Shown one piece after another: positions 62,258-64,000 of a DNA stretch of 64,000 nt. Below the pieces are notes generated by a model. It was not told the origin of the DNA. It was given only the letters and a program-made list of their open reading frames with translations, and did not search any database. The stretch is from contig OZ244621.1 of NCBI GenBank assembly GCA_965218425.1, positions 3,936,001-4,000,000 on the forward strand. The letters are read 5' to 3'. The stretch is from an uncultured Candidatus Binatia bacterium (GTDB taxonomy: Bacteria; Desulfobacterota; Binatia; UBA9968; CAXXLF01). The first letter of the stretch is position 1, and each line of letters opens with the position of its first letter. Both the position numbers and the translations under genes were made by a program.

Positions 62258-62689
62258 TCATTTGGCTGATGAATGGATCTCGTCGGGTTTAAAGAAAAAG
62301 GTAATTTCCTGAGCTGCCGTTTCCGGCGCATCCGAGCCATGGACGGCGTTTCTCTCCACATCCAATCCCCATTGTTGACGAATGGTTCCGGGCGCGGCCT
62401 TGGCCGGGTCCGTCGCGCCCATGAGCTCTCTGTTTTTTGCGACGGCCCCATCCCCTTCCAATACGGATACCAGCACAGCACCTGAAGACATGTATTGGGT
62501 CAGGCTTGCAAAGAAGGGCCGTTCTTTGTGCACGGCGTAAAAACCCTCAGCCTTTGTTTTGTCGAGGCGCAGCAGTCTTGCGGCGACGATCTTAAGGCCA
62601 GCCTTTTCAAATTTTTGCAGTATATCGCCGATGAGACCCTGGGCAACCGCTTCCGGTTTAATAATGGACAGTGTTCTTTCAATGGCCAA
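62258..62689 (-). CDS. ndk: Nucleoside diphosphate kinase
   Basis: [23 protein letters not shown]. Confidence 0.97.
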   Translation of the reverse strand: MAIERTLSIIKPEAVAQGLIGDILQKFEKAGLKIVAARLLRLDKTKAEGFYAVHKERPFFASLTQYMSSGAVLVSVLEGDGAVAKNRELMGATDPAKAAPGTIRQQWGLDVERNAVHGSDAPETAAQEITFFFKPDEIHSSAK

Positions 62690-63560
62690 TTCGCTTCATT
62701 ACCTCCTGCGTGGTTTGACCGATCTGTGCAGGGGATGGCGCCAAACGCACCCCAGCATTTTTCAGTGCCTCGATTTTATCCTGCGCGGTTCCCTTGCCTC
62801 CGGCGATGATGGCACCCGCATGCCCCATGCGTTTACCTGAAGGAGCGGTTTGCCCCACGATAAACCCCACCACGGGCTTACGCACATTCTCTTTTATCCA
62901 TTGGGCTGCCTCCTCCTCGGAGCTGCCCCCGATCTCGCCGATCATCACCACTCCCTGGGTGTCGGAGTCTTCATTGAACAGCTCGAGTACGTCGATGAAT
63001 CCCAATCCCCGCACGGGGTCGCCGCCGATGCCGATGCAGGTCGATTGTCCCATACCCAAGCGGGTCAGTTGATCCACAGCCTCATAGGTCAGAGTACCGC
63101 TACGGGAGACCACACCGATGGACCCCGGATTATGAATGTGACCCGGCATGATCCCAATCTTACACTGTCCCGGGGTGATGATTCCAGGACAATTGGGTCC
63201 GATGAGACGAGCCTTCTTATCTTTCAGAAACCTCTTCACCCGCACCATATCAATGACCGGAATCCCTTCGGTAATACAGATCACAAGCTCGATTCCCGCG
63301 TCCACCGCTTCCAGAATGGCATCCTGTGCAAAGGAAGGCGGGACATAGATGACGCTTGTATTAGCTCCGGTGGAGGACACAGCCTCTTCAACGGTATTAA
63401 AAATCGGAATCCCCTCAAAGGTGGTTCCACCCTTCGAAGGGGTGACTCCCGCCACCATTTGAGTTCCATATTCCTTACAGGTACGGGTGTGAAACTGCCC
63501 CGTGGCTCCCGTGATACCTTGGGTTACGACTCTCGTTTCTTTGTTTACTAGGATCGCCAT
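62679..63560 (-). CDS. sucD: Succinyl-CoA synthetase alpha subunit
   Basis: [27 protein letters not shown]. Confidence 0.97.
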   Translation of the reverse strand: MAILVNKETRVVTQGITGATGQFHTRTCKEYGTQMVAGVTPSKGGTTFEGIPIFNTVEEAVSSTGANTSVIYVPPSFAQDAILEAVDAGIELVICITEGIPVIDMVRVKRFLKDKKARLIGPNCPGIITPGQCKIGIMPGHIHNPGSIGVVSRSGTLTYEAVDQLTRLGMGQSTCIGIGGDPVRGLGFIDVLELFNEDSDTQGVVMIGEIGGSSEEEAAQWIKENVRKPVVGFIVGQTAPSGKRMGHAGAIIAGGKGTAQDKIEALKNAGVRLAPSPAQIGQTTQEVMKRIGH

Positions 63561-63607
63561 CGGGCTTATGTGCGTCCTCGAGAATTCCGCCTCCTTGAGC
63601 CAATTGG

Positions 63608-64000
63608 CTAGGAGGACCTCGTACCTGATTGCTTGGCGGCTGCCACTACCTTTTCGGCAGCCTCGTTCATGGTGTCCGCGGAAATAATGGCAAGACTCGA
63701 TTCGAAAATGATCTTTTTCCCCTGTTCGACGTTGGTTCCCTGAAGCCGCACCACCAAAGGCACCTTCACCCCAATTTTTGATGCCGCATCCACGATCCCC
63801 TCGGCGATGATATCGCACTTCATGATGCCGCCGAAAATATTCACCAGCACTCCCTGTACCCTTTCGTCGGCGAGGATGATACGGAAGGCCTGAGCGACCC
63901 TTTCCCGGTCGGCTCCTCCTCCCACGTCCAGGAAGTTGGCCGGCTCACCACCATAGAGCTTGATAATGTCCATGGTGGCCATGGCCAATCCCGCCCCGTT
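63608..64000 (-). CDS. sucC: Succinyl-CoA synthetase beta subunit (C-terminal part)
   Basis: [39 protein letters not shown]. Confidence 0.96.
   Translation of the reverse strand, partial: NGAGLAMATMDIIKLYGGEPANFLDVGGGADRERVAQAFRIILADERVQGVLVNIFGGIMKCDIIAEGIVDAASKIGVKVPLVVRLQGTNVEQGKKIIFESSLAIISADTMNEAAEKVVAAAKQSGTRSS

Noticed and set aside
1..64000. CRISPR array, tRNA, rRNA, integrase or defence system
   Set aside because: No regular repeat-spacer pattern, cloverleaf or diagnostic protein motifs were seen by eye; covariance-model searches were not run.

Overview
Bacterial genomic window with two parts. (1) Positions ~1-52,100 are a dense aromatic-catabolism region. It holds one FbpBC/PotA-like ABC permease and ATPase, and about 11 related cluster-D solute-binding protein (SBP) genes, several broken. 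The enzymes are five phthalate-4,5-dioxygenase-like Rieske oxygenases, five UbiD (prFMN) decarboxylases, five cupins, two LigB/DesZ-like dioxygenases, a dihydrodiol-dehydrogenase-like oxidoreductase and a NahE/PhdJ-like hydratase-aldolase. It also has amidohydrolases, an M29/NicX-fold protein, a heme-oxygenase-like diiron protein, DinB, VOC and a PanB-like protein. Positions 19,663-49,173 form one co-directional minus-strand run that reuses an SBP/Rieske/UbiD module about five times. No Rieske reductase, UbiX or transcription factor is visible in the window. Two near-identical IS630 copies and one IS3 are present. (2) Positions ~53,600-64,000 are housekeeping and envelope genes (sucC-sucD-ndk-mtnP-pfkB-GT2-ugd-uxs-epimerase-lepA-lepB). 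The gene content resembles Deltaproteobacteria-like/Ca. Binatota genomes (inference only). Most notable: the iterated Rieske+UbiD+SBP array, a UbiD with an apparently rewired catalytic triad, a PanB paralog lacking its catalytic Glu, a signal-less PBP-fold protein, and a 70-bp perfect-identity tract between two diverged Rieske genes. All calls come from reading motifs by eye; no searches were run.
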